A DNA stretch of 64,000 bases from a virus: IMG/VR virus record IMGVR_UViG_3300025030_000053, positions 32,001-96,000 of that record; one strand, 5' to 3'. Position 1 is the stretch's first letter. Each line of letters begins with the position of its first letter. Both the position numbers and the translations under genes were made by a program. Of this stretch, positions 37,103 through 46,659 are shown one piece after another. Under the pieces are notes generated by a model, which was not told the DNA's origin, searched no databases, and saw only the letters and a program-made list of their open reading frames with translations.

Positions 37103-38251
37103 TTATTCTTCTTCTAGAGCATTTATATCGTCCCAGGAATCTTCTTCAGATGGAGAAGATTCAATAATATTACTTATTACCTGCTCAACATCATCAAATC
37201 CAAGATCCTTTGCTATTTGATAGATATGATCTCCATCTATTAACGCCCGCTTGAAGTCATCAATCTCTTTTTCTTTGACAATTGGCTCTTCTATGGGGTA
37301 TCTGTAATATCTACTTGCATATTTCATTATTCCTTTTCGTTCCGCGAAGGTAAAGAATTCTAAAAATGGGTCTCTAGTCCTTTCTACGAAGTAAATTGGG
37401 AAATCACACTCTTCGAACGGCATCCCATATCTTGTTTTGATAAGCCGACACTGGGTCATATTACCAATTACTTTTTTATCTTTGTCAAGAATCCTGCTAT
37501 CTTTTGCCTTTCTAGCCTGAAGCCTAATTCTAACATGAGAATAGAATTTCAATGCTTTTCCGCCAGGAGTTTCTTCTGTAGCACCCATGAATGATCCAAG
37601 ATTTCCAGAACGAGTTTGGTTGATAAATACAACAATAGTTTTCTTGTTTTTGACACTATTTGCGATTTTTCTCACAGCTCTTGACATCATTCTGGCGTGA
37701 AGTCCAAGCCCAACACTTTGAGAAGTATCTACATCAACTTCTTCCTTCGGAAGAAGTGCAGCAACAGAATCAATCACTACTAATCCGAAAGCCCCAGTTT
37801 CCACTATATGATCTACTATATCCAATGCTTGATTACCAGAATCAAACTCATTCATCCATCTAAATGATTCCTTGTCCAGTGTATCTACTCCGACAGCTCT
37901 CGCCCGAGCGGGGTTCAACGTCCCTTCTATGTCCAAATAAAGTACTGGAAGTTTTGGCTCTTGATTTTGACAGGACGCGGACAGGATATATGCTAACCAA
38001 GTTTTGCCACTTTGTTCTGGCCCGTATATTTCTACAATCGTACCCCAAGGAAGTCCTCCAATCCCAAGCATAGCATCTAACTCTGGAATAGTAGTAGGAA
38101 GACAATCTATGTGTTCATCTGATTGGACAAAAGATCTAAATTTATTTTCGTCTATTTTCATACTTTTAGAAACATTTTTAATTACTGCATCAATATCTGA
38201 TTTAGTTGTAGCCATTATTTCCTCCGCCAGTGGAGACCAAATGGTCTCCAC
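37103..38251 (-). CDS. recA: RecA recombinase
   Basis: LGIGGLP.G.IVEIYGPEQSGKT, VIDSVAAL, ARMMS, FINQ.R, TPGGKALKFY. Confidence 0.95.
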   Translation of the reverse strand: METIWSPLAEEIMATTKSDIDAVIKNVSKSMKIDENKFRSFVQSDEHIDCLPTTIPELDAMLGIGGLPWGTIVEIYGPEQSGKTWLAYILSASCQNQEPKLPVLYLDIEGTLNPARARAVGVDTLDKESFRWMNEFDSGNQALDIVDHIVETGAFGLVVIDSVAALLPKEEVDVDTSQSVGLGLHARMMSRAVRKIANSVKNKKTIVVFINQTRSGNLGSFMGATEETPGGKALKFYSHVRIRLQARKAKDSRILDKDKKVIGNMTQCRLIKTRYGMPFEECDFPIYFVERTRDPFLEFFTFAERKGIMKYASRYYRYPIEEPIVKEKEIDDFKRALIDGDHIYQIAKDLGFDDVEQVISNIIESSPSEEDSWDDINALEEE

Positions 38252-38265
38252 TGGCTTCTAATTGA

Positions 38266-39234
38266 TCACCATTTATCGTCGTCATCAAAGATATCATCAG
38301 AATCGTCCGTATCTTTTTCATCAGATACATCTTCTTCAACAACTTCTACTACTTTTTTACCTGGTTTCTTTCCTAACGAAGCTTTGAGATTAGTTTTTTC
38401 AACAACTCTCTCAAGGTCGGCTACATCATCTTCGTCGGCGACAACCATACCTGAGCGTTGCTGTTTCTTGGCTTCTTTCTCGGCAACAGATTCTGCCGTA
38501 GCAACATCAGAGGATGCAGTATACCATGAATAATCATGAAGATATCGTTTGTAATCTCCTACTTCTGAACATTCATCAGAAGCTTCTGGATGGACTGCGA
38601 CGATTGCCTCCAAGATTTCATCATCAATTCCAAAGAGATTTCTTGTGGCGGTGGCACTATAATCAATTGTGCCTTTGCCAAATGTATTTTTTCCAGATTT
38701 GTTGAGAGCGGTAATGATAAAATCTGGTACAGCTTCATCCCAGCTCTCTGGTGTATAAATTTCCCCTTCTTCTCTTGCATTTTTGACATTCTCCATTATT
38801 GCCTCAATAACTTTACCGGTGACTTCACATATTCTTATGGTCTTCGTTCCTCTGTCATATACATTGAAAACAAATTTCACCTGGGTATTATATCCAGCTT
38901 CACACCAAGGACATGGTGTGTCCTTGTCAAATGTCATTTTACCAGTTGCTGCGTTCCTTACGAACTGTCTGTGGCAGTTTCTGGTTTTTTTATCAGAAAA
39001 CTCCGAGTCAAAGAATGGAGCATTGACTCTCTGTCCTTCTTTGTCAAGCTTATTAGCCCAATGAACAACTCTAGGTTGCGGACGTTGCAGAATTTTTACA
39101 CGATATTTAGAGGTTCCACCCTTGTCCTCTGGTGCAGTAGGTCGCAAAAACAGATCTTCATAATCAATTTTAGGACCACGGTTAGAAACAGAACTGGATA
39201 CGTCTAGGACGTCATCCCAACTAATGGTACTCAT
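38266..39234 (-). CDS. gp32-like single-stranded DNA-binding protein
   Basis: H...C...CPWC metal ligands, FNVYDR, very acidic C-terminal tail, next to recA. AAAGGAG SD before the ATG at 39234. Confidence 0.7.
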   Translation of the reverse strand: MSTISWDDVLDVSSSVSNRGPKIDYEDLFLRPTAPEDKGGTSKYRVKILQRPQPRVVHWANKLDKEGQRVNAPFFDSEFSDKKTRNCHRQFVRNAATGKMTFDKDTPCPWCEAGYNTQVKFVFNVYDRGTKTIRICEVTGKVIEAIMENVKNAREEGEIYTPESWDEAVPDFIITALNKSGKNTFGKGTIDYSATATRNLFGIDDEILEAIVAVHPEASDECSEVGDYKRYLHDYSWYTASSDVATAESVAEKEAKKQQRSGMVVADEDDVADLERVVEKTNLKASLGKKPGKKVVEVVEEDVSDEKDTDDSDDIFDDDDKW

Positions 39235-39320
39235 ATTATATTTTTCTCCTTTGTGGGCTATAGGGTATTGCATCTTTATAAGATTTCGCCCCTTCGTGCC
39301 CGATGTAATAGTTTACTCAA

Positions 39321-40001
39321 TCATCGTCGATTTTTCGAGTAGACCTGTCGATTTATTTCAGAAATTTCTGTCCAACCAGTCGAAGGCTCGACGCCCGCGG
39401 GATCATTTTCTTCATCGTAGGCTGTGTTTCCACGGCTAAGATAATACTGGTTTGGTCTAATTTCCATCAGTCTTAAAATTCTACTTAATTGCATAGCAGT
39501 AGAATCAAGATTGTCAATGATATCAGTAAGAGTGTCAAGGGCATCTTTTGCATCACCAACTTCTTTTTCAAACGATGCTAAAACATCTCCTGCCTTGGCA
39601 TCTTTTTCAACCTTGGTGCCTTTTTGCTTGCCGGTGATGCTCCTAGACAACGAACTATAACTTCTATTTTTAGCAGAATAGATTCTTCTCATTTTTATTT
39701 TCATTCTAATAAGTTTGTTTCTAAAAGCAATAGCTCTTGCATAAGAATATACCATATCTTGCGGATCAATATAATTTTCTGATGGAAGTTCAATAAATAG
39801 TTCTGATGCTTCATTCAGAATTTCTTGATAATCTGGCGTTCCAATTGAATTGAAAACTTTTTCCCACATATAGACTATTTCTTTTGGATCTAAATCTCGT
39901 TTAGGATCGTCAGATTCTTGTTTTTCGTCAAACAAATTGTCCCATCCAAATTTTTCTTCGAAATTTTCAAAAGGATCATATTGTTCAATATCTTCATTCA
40001 T
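39321..40001 (-). CDS. Coiled-coil protein, possibly a UvsY-like recombination mediator
   Basis: Long helical hairpin around KGTKVEKDA; lies upstream of ssb-recA. Confidence 0.4.
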   Translation of the reverse strand: MNEDIEQYDPFENFEEKFGWDNLFDEKQESDDPKRDLDPKEIVYMWEKVFNSIGTPDYQEILNEASELFIELPSENYIDPQDMVYSYARAIAFRNKLIRMKIKMRRIYSAKNRSYSSLSRSITGKQKGTKVEKDAKAGDVLASFEKEVGDAKDALDTLTDIIDNLDSTAMQLSRILRLMEIRPNQYYLSRGNTAYDEENDPAGVEPSTGWTEISEINRQVYSKNRR

Positions 40002-40377
40002 GATGTGTATCCTCAATGTTGTCCATTTCGACTCTGCCTCCCGGCTTCTCAACCATTCCGCCTAGTTTTGATGGCCATCCTGATCTGGGAAGCCTATTCC
40101 ATTGTTTGAATACTGAATGCCCAGCAGTCACTATATCCGCTGCGCAATCCAAAAAAAGATCTTTGTGGATTTCATATTCCTCTTCGTCGGTGAGGTTATT
40201 TGCCACAACTAATGATCTGCTTCCTGAAAATTTTATAGTTTCAGATTTTGATGTCTGCACAACTATTTCAAGTCCTGTAGAAATAGTCTTTTGAACTACA
40301 TCAATAGTCTCGTATATTTTTTCTGCTTCCCTGGTCTTCGTTCGAAAGACCCTGGCTCCATCTTTTTGTATTCCCAT
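39994..40377 (-). CDS. Hypothetical protein
   Basis: AGGAG SD; follows dnaE. Confidence 0.6.
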   Translation of the reverse strand: MGIQKDGARVFRTKTREAEKIYETIDVVQKTISTGLEIVVQTSKSETIKFSGSRSLVVANNLTDEEEYEIHKDLFLDCAADIVTAGHSVFKQWNRLPRSGWPSKLGGMVEKPGGRVEMDNIEDTHHE

Positions 40378-40396
40378 TTATTTCTCCTGCATCAGT

Positions 40397-43300
40397 TTAC
40401 TCATTTTTGTCCTTCATTTCCACGGATTGACCCCAGTCTTTTCCGAACAATTGCATCACGTCTTCTGTCTGCGTTTCAGATATGTAATTTGTTTTTTTAT
40501 CCTCTTGCCAAGCATCTCTTGCATTTTGGTACTCTCTAACTAGATCTAAAGAACTTCCAAATAATTTCAGTGCTCCCGCTTGTAGAAGTTTTTCAAATAA
40601 TTTTTTATCTGGTTTTACTTTGAAACAAAAATCTTTGAAATTTTCAAATGGTTGATTATTCACAACTTCGATGGCATTTTTGCCGACGCCTTTGATTATG
40701 TTCAACGGAAGTATGATGCTAGTTGTTTCATAATCAACATAACACTGCATCGTAGATTTATTTACATCTGGCCTAAATATCGGTATTCCCATATATTTAG
40801 CTTCTTTGAGATATCTCGTATATCTATCTTCTTTGTCCACATCCTCATTGATTGAAGCGGAATACCATTCTAGAGGAAAATTAGCAAGAAGATATGCGTT
40901 CCAATAGCCTATCAGAGCATAACTTGCACTATGTGCCTGGTTGAAACTATAACTTGCAAAATCTTCCATCATTTTCCAAATAGAAAATACTATTTTGTCA
41001 TCATATCCATTTTTCTTTGATCCTTCAAAGAATTTCAACTTGCATTGCTCAAACAAACTTCCTAATTTCTTTCCAATTGCCTTCCTCATCACATCTGCTT
41101 CCTGGAGCGTGAAACCCCCGAATTTTTGAGAAATTGACATCGCCTGTTCTTGAAATACAAGAATATTGTATGTCTTTTCAAGAATAGGTTCCAGATCTGG
41201 ATGGATATATTCTATATTCTGTGGATTTTGCTTGTTTTCAGCATAGGTCATTCCAAAATGCCAATTTGGATCGTCTTTGGATTTGAACCTCTCATACATT
41301 CTCTTTGAGATATATTTCATAGGACCTGGGCGATACAATGCATTTACAGCAACAAGATCGTTGAAACTATCTACCCCTACGTCCTTCAATGCATTTTTGA
41401 TCCCATCACTTGCAAACTGAAAAATAGTTTCTGTTTTTCCTTGTGCAAATATTGACAATGTTTTTGGATCATTTCTGTGAATTTTTCTAAAATCTATTTG
41501 TTTTCCAAATCTTTTTTCAATATGTTGGTTGCAAATCGCCATTTTACCAACATTTGAAAGTCCAAGAAAATCAAACTTGATATATCCAGCTTTCTCAATG
41601 TCTGTCATGTCGTATTGAGAGACAATAGATTCTCTTGAACGATGCATTGGAACTTTGTTTTCTAATGAAGTTGGAGCTATGACTACACCTGAAGCATGTT
41701 CTGACACATTAGAGAAAGCAGATCCTTCAATTTTGATTGCATTTTGGATAATAGAAGGAGAAACTTTATACCTTTGAATCATAGATTGAAAGATGTCTAA
41801 TTCCAAAGCCTCTGAAAGTGTATGATTGAAAGGAATTATTTTAGAAATTTCATTTGCATCTTCAAAGGAATACCCAGAGGCTTTCAAAGTTTCCTTCAGA
41901 GCCGCGCGGGCGCGGTATTGCCCATAAGTTCCTATGTTGATGACGTGATCTTCACCATACTTGTCTTTGATATACTGAATGACATCATCTCTCCGGTTTG
42001 GATCAAAATCTGAATCCACATCTGGCAACGATCCCATTTTGATTACCTTCAATTTATCAGTAGGTTTCGGTGCAATACCGAAATAATATAATATCCACGA
42101 ATTGGAATCATTTTTACCGCATCTGATATTTGAATTCAAAGCATCATATATATATGAATCTAACTCTTGGTTCTCTAATGGCAAAATTTCTCTGATAATA
42201 TTTGGAAAACATTCTCTAAATAGAGATTCATTAGTTGGAGCAGACAGTTCATCATCAATCAATTTTCTTAATTTTCCTTGATAATCTTTTCTTTCCCATA
42301 ATTCAATAGGAAATTCTGGAATATTGAAATCATATTGAGAACTTCTACCAGGATTCAAAAATCTTTCAAACATCAACTTCATATCTTCATCAAGCGGGTT
42401 GATGGCTGTAATTTCCATTAAAAATAGCACTAACGATCCCACGCCGCTGCCACGACCGCAACCTCGGGATATGTTATTTTTCTCGCAAAACCTGAACACA
42501 TCCCACAAAATCAAGAAATATTCTTCAACTGACATTTCAAATATTTTTGAAAGTTCATATTTAAGTCTATCTTTGTGTTCTTGATTTTTGTCAAATCCAT
42601 ATTTTTTCAATCCTTTTAGGCAAATATATTGCAAATATGCCTGATATTCTCCGTGATATGGCATATATTTTTCTTTCCAATCTTCAAATTTTTCTATTTT
42701 AGGAAGACTGAAAATCGGATATTCCCAAGGAGTTTTAGTCGGAAAACGGAATGCACATTTTTCTGCCACTTCAATTGTATTTTTGCATACTTCTGGATAT
42801 TCTTCCCAAACATCATACATTTCTCTGGCACTTTTCAAATAAAACTCACCAGTAGGATATCCCTTTCCTGTATTTTCCGTGCTGTTCATTCGCATAGATT
42901 TCAATAGATCATGTGCCTTCTTGTCGGAGGGATTGAGATAATGAACATCATTGGTAGCAATCATAGGTATTTTGTGTTTTTTAGATAATTCTATGACAGC
43001 CTTAGCAATTTTAAGTTGCGCCTCAATTCCGTGGTATTGGACTTCTAAATAGAAATTGTCTTTGAACACAGATCTCCAAAAATCGAGAAGAAAATCTACT
43101 CTTTTGAAATCATCTTTCAATATCGCTTGCGGAATCATACCAGATATGCATCCAGAAGTTGCAAGAATCCCTTCTGAATATTTTTCTACAACAGGAAGAT
43201 CCACACGAGATTCATAATAAAAACCAGTGATATATCCTATATTAGTAATATTTATAAGATTCTCATATCCAGTTTTGTTAATGCATAGCATTGTCGCATG

Positions 43301-43609
43301 ATAATGTTTAGGTCTCCGCTTCTTGACAATCCCACTAATTTCACGATCCACACTTTCTTTGACCAACATATCGCCATCACAGATATAGATCTCACACCCA
43401 CAGATAGCCTCAAGAGTCCGTCCTTCTTCATCCGGCTCTTGTGATCTGACAGCCATTCTGGGAATACCGCCCATCCTCCCGTGGTCTGTCAGAGCAAGAT
43501 ATTTGAAGCCAAGTTGTTTGGCCCGATCAACCAGATCCTCAACTTTACAAAGTCCATCATTAACACTAAATTGACTATGGCAGTGGAGATGCGTAAACAT
43601 GTTCATCAT
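40397..43609 (-). CDS. dnaE: DNA polymerase III alpha subunit
   Basis: PHP motifs HLHCHS, TDHG and TNDVHY; GRGSG.GS, FERFLNP.R, PDVDSDF, HASG, KFDFLGL, ALYRPGP, QEQ, YSFN.AH. Confidence 0.96.
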   Translation of the reverse strand: MMNMFTHLHCHSQFSVNDGLCKVEDLVDRAKQLGFKYLALTDHGRMGGIPRMAVRSQEPDEEGRTLEAICGCEIYICDGDMLVKESVDREISGIVKKRRPKHYHATMLCINKTGYENLINITNIGYITGFYYESRVDLPVVEKYSEGILATSGCISGMIPQAILKDDFKRVDFLLDFWRSVFKDNFYLEVQYHGIEAQLKIAKAVIELSKKHKIPMIATNDVHYLNPSDKKAHDLLKSMRMNSTENTGKGYPTGEFYLKSAREMYDVWEEYPEVCKNTIEVAEKCAFRFPTKTPWEYPIFSLPKIEKFEDWKEKYMPYHGEYQAYLQYICLKGLKKYGFDKNQEHKDRLKYELSKIFEMSVEEYFLILWDVFRFCEKNNISRGCGRGSGVGSLVLFLMEITAINPLDEDMKLMFERFLNPGRSSQYDFNIPEFPIELWERKDYQGKLRKLIDDELSAPTNESLFRECFPNIIREILPLENQELDSYIYDALNSNIRCGKNDSNSWILYYFGIAPKPTDKLKVIKMGSLPDVDSDFDPNRRDDVIQYIKDKYGEDHVINIGTYGQYRARAALKETLKASGYSFEDANEISKIIPFNHTLSEALELDIFQSMIQRYKVSPSIIQNAIKIEGSAFSNVSEHASGVVIAPTSLENKVPMHRSRESIVSQYDMTDIEKAGYIKFDFLGLSNVGKMAICNQHIEKRFGKQIDFRKIHRNDPKTLSIFAQGKTETIFQFASDGIKNALKDVGVDSFNDLVAVNALYRPGPMKYISKRMYERFKSKDDPNWHFGMTYAENKQNPQNIEYIHPDLEPILEKTYNILVFQEQAMSISQKFGGFTLQEADVMRKAIGKKLGSLFEQCKLKFFEGSKKNGYDDKIVFSIWKMMEDFASYSFNQAHSASYALIGYWNAYLLANFPLEWYSASINEDVDKEDRYTRYLKEAKYMGIPIFRPDVNKSTMQCYVDYETTSIILPLNIIKGVGKNAIEVVNNQPFENFKDFCFKVKPDKKLFEKLLQAGALKLFGSSLDLVREYQNARDAWQEDKKTNYISETQTEDVMQLFGKDWGQSVEMKDKNE

Positions 43610-44762
43610 ATAATTTCCTTAATTCATTCCATTTCATTTTATATTTAACATCTATAATCAATAATTCTATATTGTTTTCTTTTGCCAGTTTTACTTTTGT
43701 TTCAAAATTTTTGCAATATTTGTTAAAATTATCAATTGTCTGATTTGGAAATCTTTTGTGATAATTTTCCCAGGAATAATGACAAGGCTCATTCAATTCA
43801 ACTAATAAATTTCTTTCTTTTGAATAATAATCATATCTCAAAAGAGTATTATCATTATAATTTAATATATTTTCAAAAATTAATCTTGATACAGAATATT
43901 CTTTAATATATTCTTTATAATAATATTCAAACACGAAATGATGAAGTATTTTCTTAGATTTTTTATATTTTTTTATTAAATCTAAATTTTTATCGAATTT
44001 AATATATAATTTACTGCAATTACCACATATTTTATGATTATTAATATGATTATTTATTATTTTTATTTGATTACATATATAACATAATTGTGAATTATTT
44101 TTAGATAAACAATAGTTGCATATCGGTTTACCATCATTATTTCTTGTTGCTACTCGTTTTAATAATCCACATTGAAAACATATTAATTTATTATCATTAG
44201 CATAACAATTGACACATATCGGTTTTTTATCATTGGATCTGCTATTTACTATTTTCAATTTATTACAAATAGAACACATTTCTTTATTTATTTTTGATTT
44301 ACATAATCTACATATAGGTTTGTTATTTTTATCTCTACTATTTACTATTTTCAATTTATTACAAATAGAACATATTTCTTTTCTTTTTTTAGCATTACAA
44401 TAATTGCATATAGGTTTGTTATTTATTCTTATATCAACCAATTTTAAGATTCCACATTCTGAACATATTTCTTTATTCATTGCTCCCCTGCAATGAGAGC
44501 AAATAGCTTTTCGATTAACATCTCTCAGACAAACTGGTCTATTATTTCCACATTTACTACAAATTTCTTTGCGTTTTTCTATCCAGCACACACCACATAT
44601 AGAATATCCATTTGTCATTCCAGATTTAGGAATTTTAAATTTTCCACATATCGAACATTCCTGTGGTTGATTAACAAATATTTTTTTACATTCTTTGGAA
44701 CAATATATTTGATTATTCCCAGTAGCTTCAAATTCTTTTTCACATTGTTTGCATATTTTCAT
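43575..44762 (-). CDS. Putative endonuclease with a tandem Zn-ribbon repeat array and C-terminal PD-(D/E)xK/DUF559-like domain
   Basis: About 7 repeats of ~32 aa (C..C......R.....IC..C); C-terminal LRYDYY....LLVELN...HY. Confidence 0.7.
   Translation of the reverse strand: MKICKQCEKEFEATGNNQIYCSKECKKIFVNQPQECSICGKFKIPKSGMTNGYSICGVCWIEKRKEICSKCGNNRPVCLRDVNRKAICSHCRGAMNKEICSECGILKLVDIRINNKPICNYCNAKKRKEICSICNKLKIVNSRDKNNKPICRLCKSKINKEMCSICNKLKIVNSRSNDKKPICVNCYANDNKLICFQCGLLKRVATRNNDGKPICNYCLSKNNSQLCYICNQIKIINNHINNHKICGNCSKLYIKFDKNLDLIKKYKKSKKILHHFVFEYYYKEYIKEYSVSRLIFENILNYNDNTLLRYDYYSKERNLLVELNEPCHYSWENYHKRFPNQTIDNFNKYCKNFETKVKLAKENNIELLIIDVKYKMKWNELRKLYDEHVYASPLP
44242..44372. repeat. 35-bp exact direct repeat with a 96-nt period
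   Basis: CTATTTACTATTTTCAATTTATTACAAATAGAACA at 44242 and 44338. Confidence 0.85.
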
Positions 44763-45582
44763 TCTTCATCCACATATTTACATTCTGTCTTTCTTTTGTT
44801 GGAGTCCAGTCTTCCAAATAACTACCTATGTTAGACATTCCTTTGAAAATATATTTCGTATCAGCAGTCTCTGCTCTTCCGTATATTCTTGTCCTGCTGG
44901 AATGTAATAGGCTACTTGATCTAATCTTGCGATTCAATGCCTTGGGGGATACTCGGTCCCACAATTCAGTTTGGTAGCTATTAGGCATTTGTTTGACCAA
45001 GTATATCCCACTATCATCTTTTATGATATGATTGTCTTTTGGTAATTGTCCAGATATAGTTTGATTCAATTTTCCAATTGATTGATAATTTGACACCAAA
45101 CAATAATTCTTTATTTTATTTATATTTGGACATATATTGATATATTCTATTGCTGTTCTTCTGCAAATTCCACAACGTTCTGCTATGTTGATATATGATT
45201 GTGGATTATTTGTTTTCGAGATGACCATTGAAAACAAGAATGCTTTTTGCCGCTTCAGCGAGCACTGATAAAAATAATCTATTGGAACAAAATATCCTTT
45301 TGAAAGTCTTTCAATATTGTATTTTTTGCAAATAGTTTTTATTCCAAAAAGATATATATCTTTTTGGTTTTTATTCCAAAATGAGTTATTGCTGAGATGC
45401 CTATATATAGACGATTGACTATATTTTTTAAGAATATCTTTTATTTTTGAATATTCCAATTTCCCATCAGCATTTGTCAGATTGTCATATGATTTCAAAA
45501 TTGTCCAGATAATTAATTCATTTATTTCTTTGTTTTTGAATGCATTTTCTATAATTTCAGGAAATATTGCTGTTCCGTTCAT
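44740..45582 (-). CDS. HTH-containing protein
   Basis: SQSSIYRHL and SYINIAERCGICRRTAIEYI HTH-like segments. Confidence 0.55.
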   Translation of the reverse strand: MNGTAIFPEIIENAFKNKEINELIIWTILKSYDNLTNADGKLEYSKIKDILKKYSQSSIYRHLSNNSFWNKNQKDIYLFGIKTICKKYNIERLSKGYFVPIDYFYQCSLKRQKAFLFSMVISKTNNPQSYINIAERCGICRRTAIEYINICPNINKIKNYCLVSNYQSIGKLNQTISGQLPKDNHIIKDDSGIYLVKQMPNSYQTELWDRVSPKALNRKIRSSSLLHSSRTRIYGRAETADTKYIFKGMSNIGSYLEDWTPTKERQNVNMWMKNENMQTM

Positions 45583-45583
45583 T

Positions 45584-45964
45584 TTAAGCTTCTATGTCAA
45601 TTGACAGATCTTCATCATAATCTATTTTTTCATCAATTATGTTCATTATTTTTTGTCTAATTAGTCCCAATTCATATGTCTTTAAAAATATTCCAGTATT
45701 AATCAAATAATATATTAATTCTTCTTCTGTCAATCCAAGCAAAGTGCAATATATAGTAGAAATATGTTCAAATCTCAACAATTGCAGACCTGAAAATTCT
45801 ATATTTACATTGATTTCTTTTTTATTTTTTAAAATATTTTTGTTGTTTTTTATTTCTTCAAGTTTGTTTTCAATATTTGCGTATTCTTTTTTGAGCCCAT
45901 CGGGGTCTGAAAGAATTTTCTTTTTTTGTTTTTCAACTTTTTTAATAATTTGATCTAAATTCAT
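45584..45964 (-). CDS. Hypothetical protein
   Basis: ORF coupled to the UDG gene. Confidence 0.55.
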   Translation of the reverse strand: MNLDQIIKKVEKQKKKILSDPDGLKKEYANIENKLEEIKNNKNILKNKKEINVNIEFSGLQLLRFEHISTIYCTLLGLTEEELIYYLINTGIFLKTYELGLIRQKIMNIIDEKIDYDEDLSIDIEA

Positions 45965-46659
45965 TTTGTCTCCATTGCCAATTTATATGAATCATACAGA
46001 TGTTTGGTCAGTAGATCTCTTTTCTCCGATACGCTCATAGCCATCATTTTTTGTCCGTTGGAAAGATCTGTTGTATCAAAAGTTCTTCCTGGTCTCAGGC
46101 AAAATGACGGATGAAATGTTGCACAATATTTTGTATCTAAATTCAAAGCTTTGATGTTCCAATCAAAAATCTTTCCATATACATTTGAAATCCTTTCATC
46201 AGATTTGAAAATATATTTCAATGGTTGACCTCCTAATCCTACAACAATCTTTGGGCGAACAATAGCTATTTGTTTTCTTGCCCATTTGATACACACATCA
46301 ACGCATTTATGAACGTCATCTCCTTGTGGGAATTTGTTTCTAGGCGGGCGGCAGTTGATCACATTGGCTATATATAACATCTCTGGGTCTGCTTCAATTT
46401 CTTCCAGACACTCCCTCAACAAAGAACCAGCCTTGCCCACAAATGGTTTATTTTTAACGACTTCATCTGCTCCTGGGGCTTCTCCAAAAATCATCATTAC
46501 AGCTTGATCGCTTCCGATCCCGGGGACTGGATTGCCGTATTCTGCATTTATTTCATCGGGTATCAGATTCCTTAATCTTTCATTTTCCTGACGAAGAGGA
46601 CACATGTCGCAATTAAAAATTTCTTTTCGAATATTTTTTATTTGTTCATTTTTTTTCAT
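45961..46659 (-). CDS. Uracil-DNA glycosylase, family 4 (Fe-S)
   Basis: C..C.L, GEAPG..E....PFVG.AG, N...CRPP.N, TFHPS. Confidence 0.93.
   Translation of the reverse strand: MKKNEQIKNIRKEIFNCDMCPLRQENERLRNLIPDEINAEYGNPVPGIGSDQAVMMIFGEAPGADEVVKNKPFVGKAGSLLRECLEEIEADPEMLYIANVINCRPPRNKFPQGDDVHKCVDVCIKWARKQIAIVRPKIVVGLGGQPLKYIFKSDERISNVYGKIFDWNIKALNLDTKYCATFHPSFCLRPGRTFDTTDLSNGQKMMAMSVSEKRDLLTKHLYDSYKLAMETK

Noticed and set aside
39255-39301. c-di-GMP-I riboswitch
   Set aside because: Only loose resemblance (GGCGAAA...GAUGCAA); the GNRA tetraloop and second stem are missing.
44242-44372. DGR template/variable repeat or CRISPR repeat
   Set aside because: The repeats are in-frame coding duplications with a 96-nt period, and no reverse transcriptase is present.
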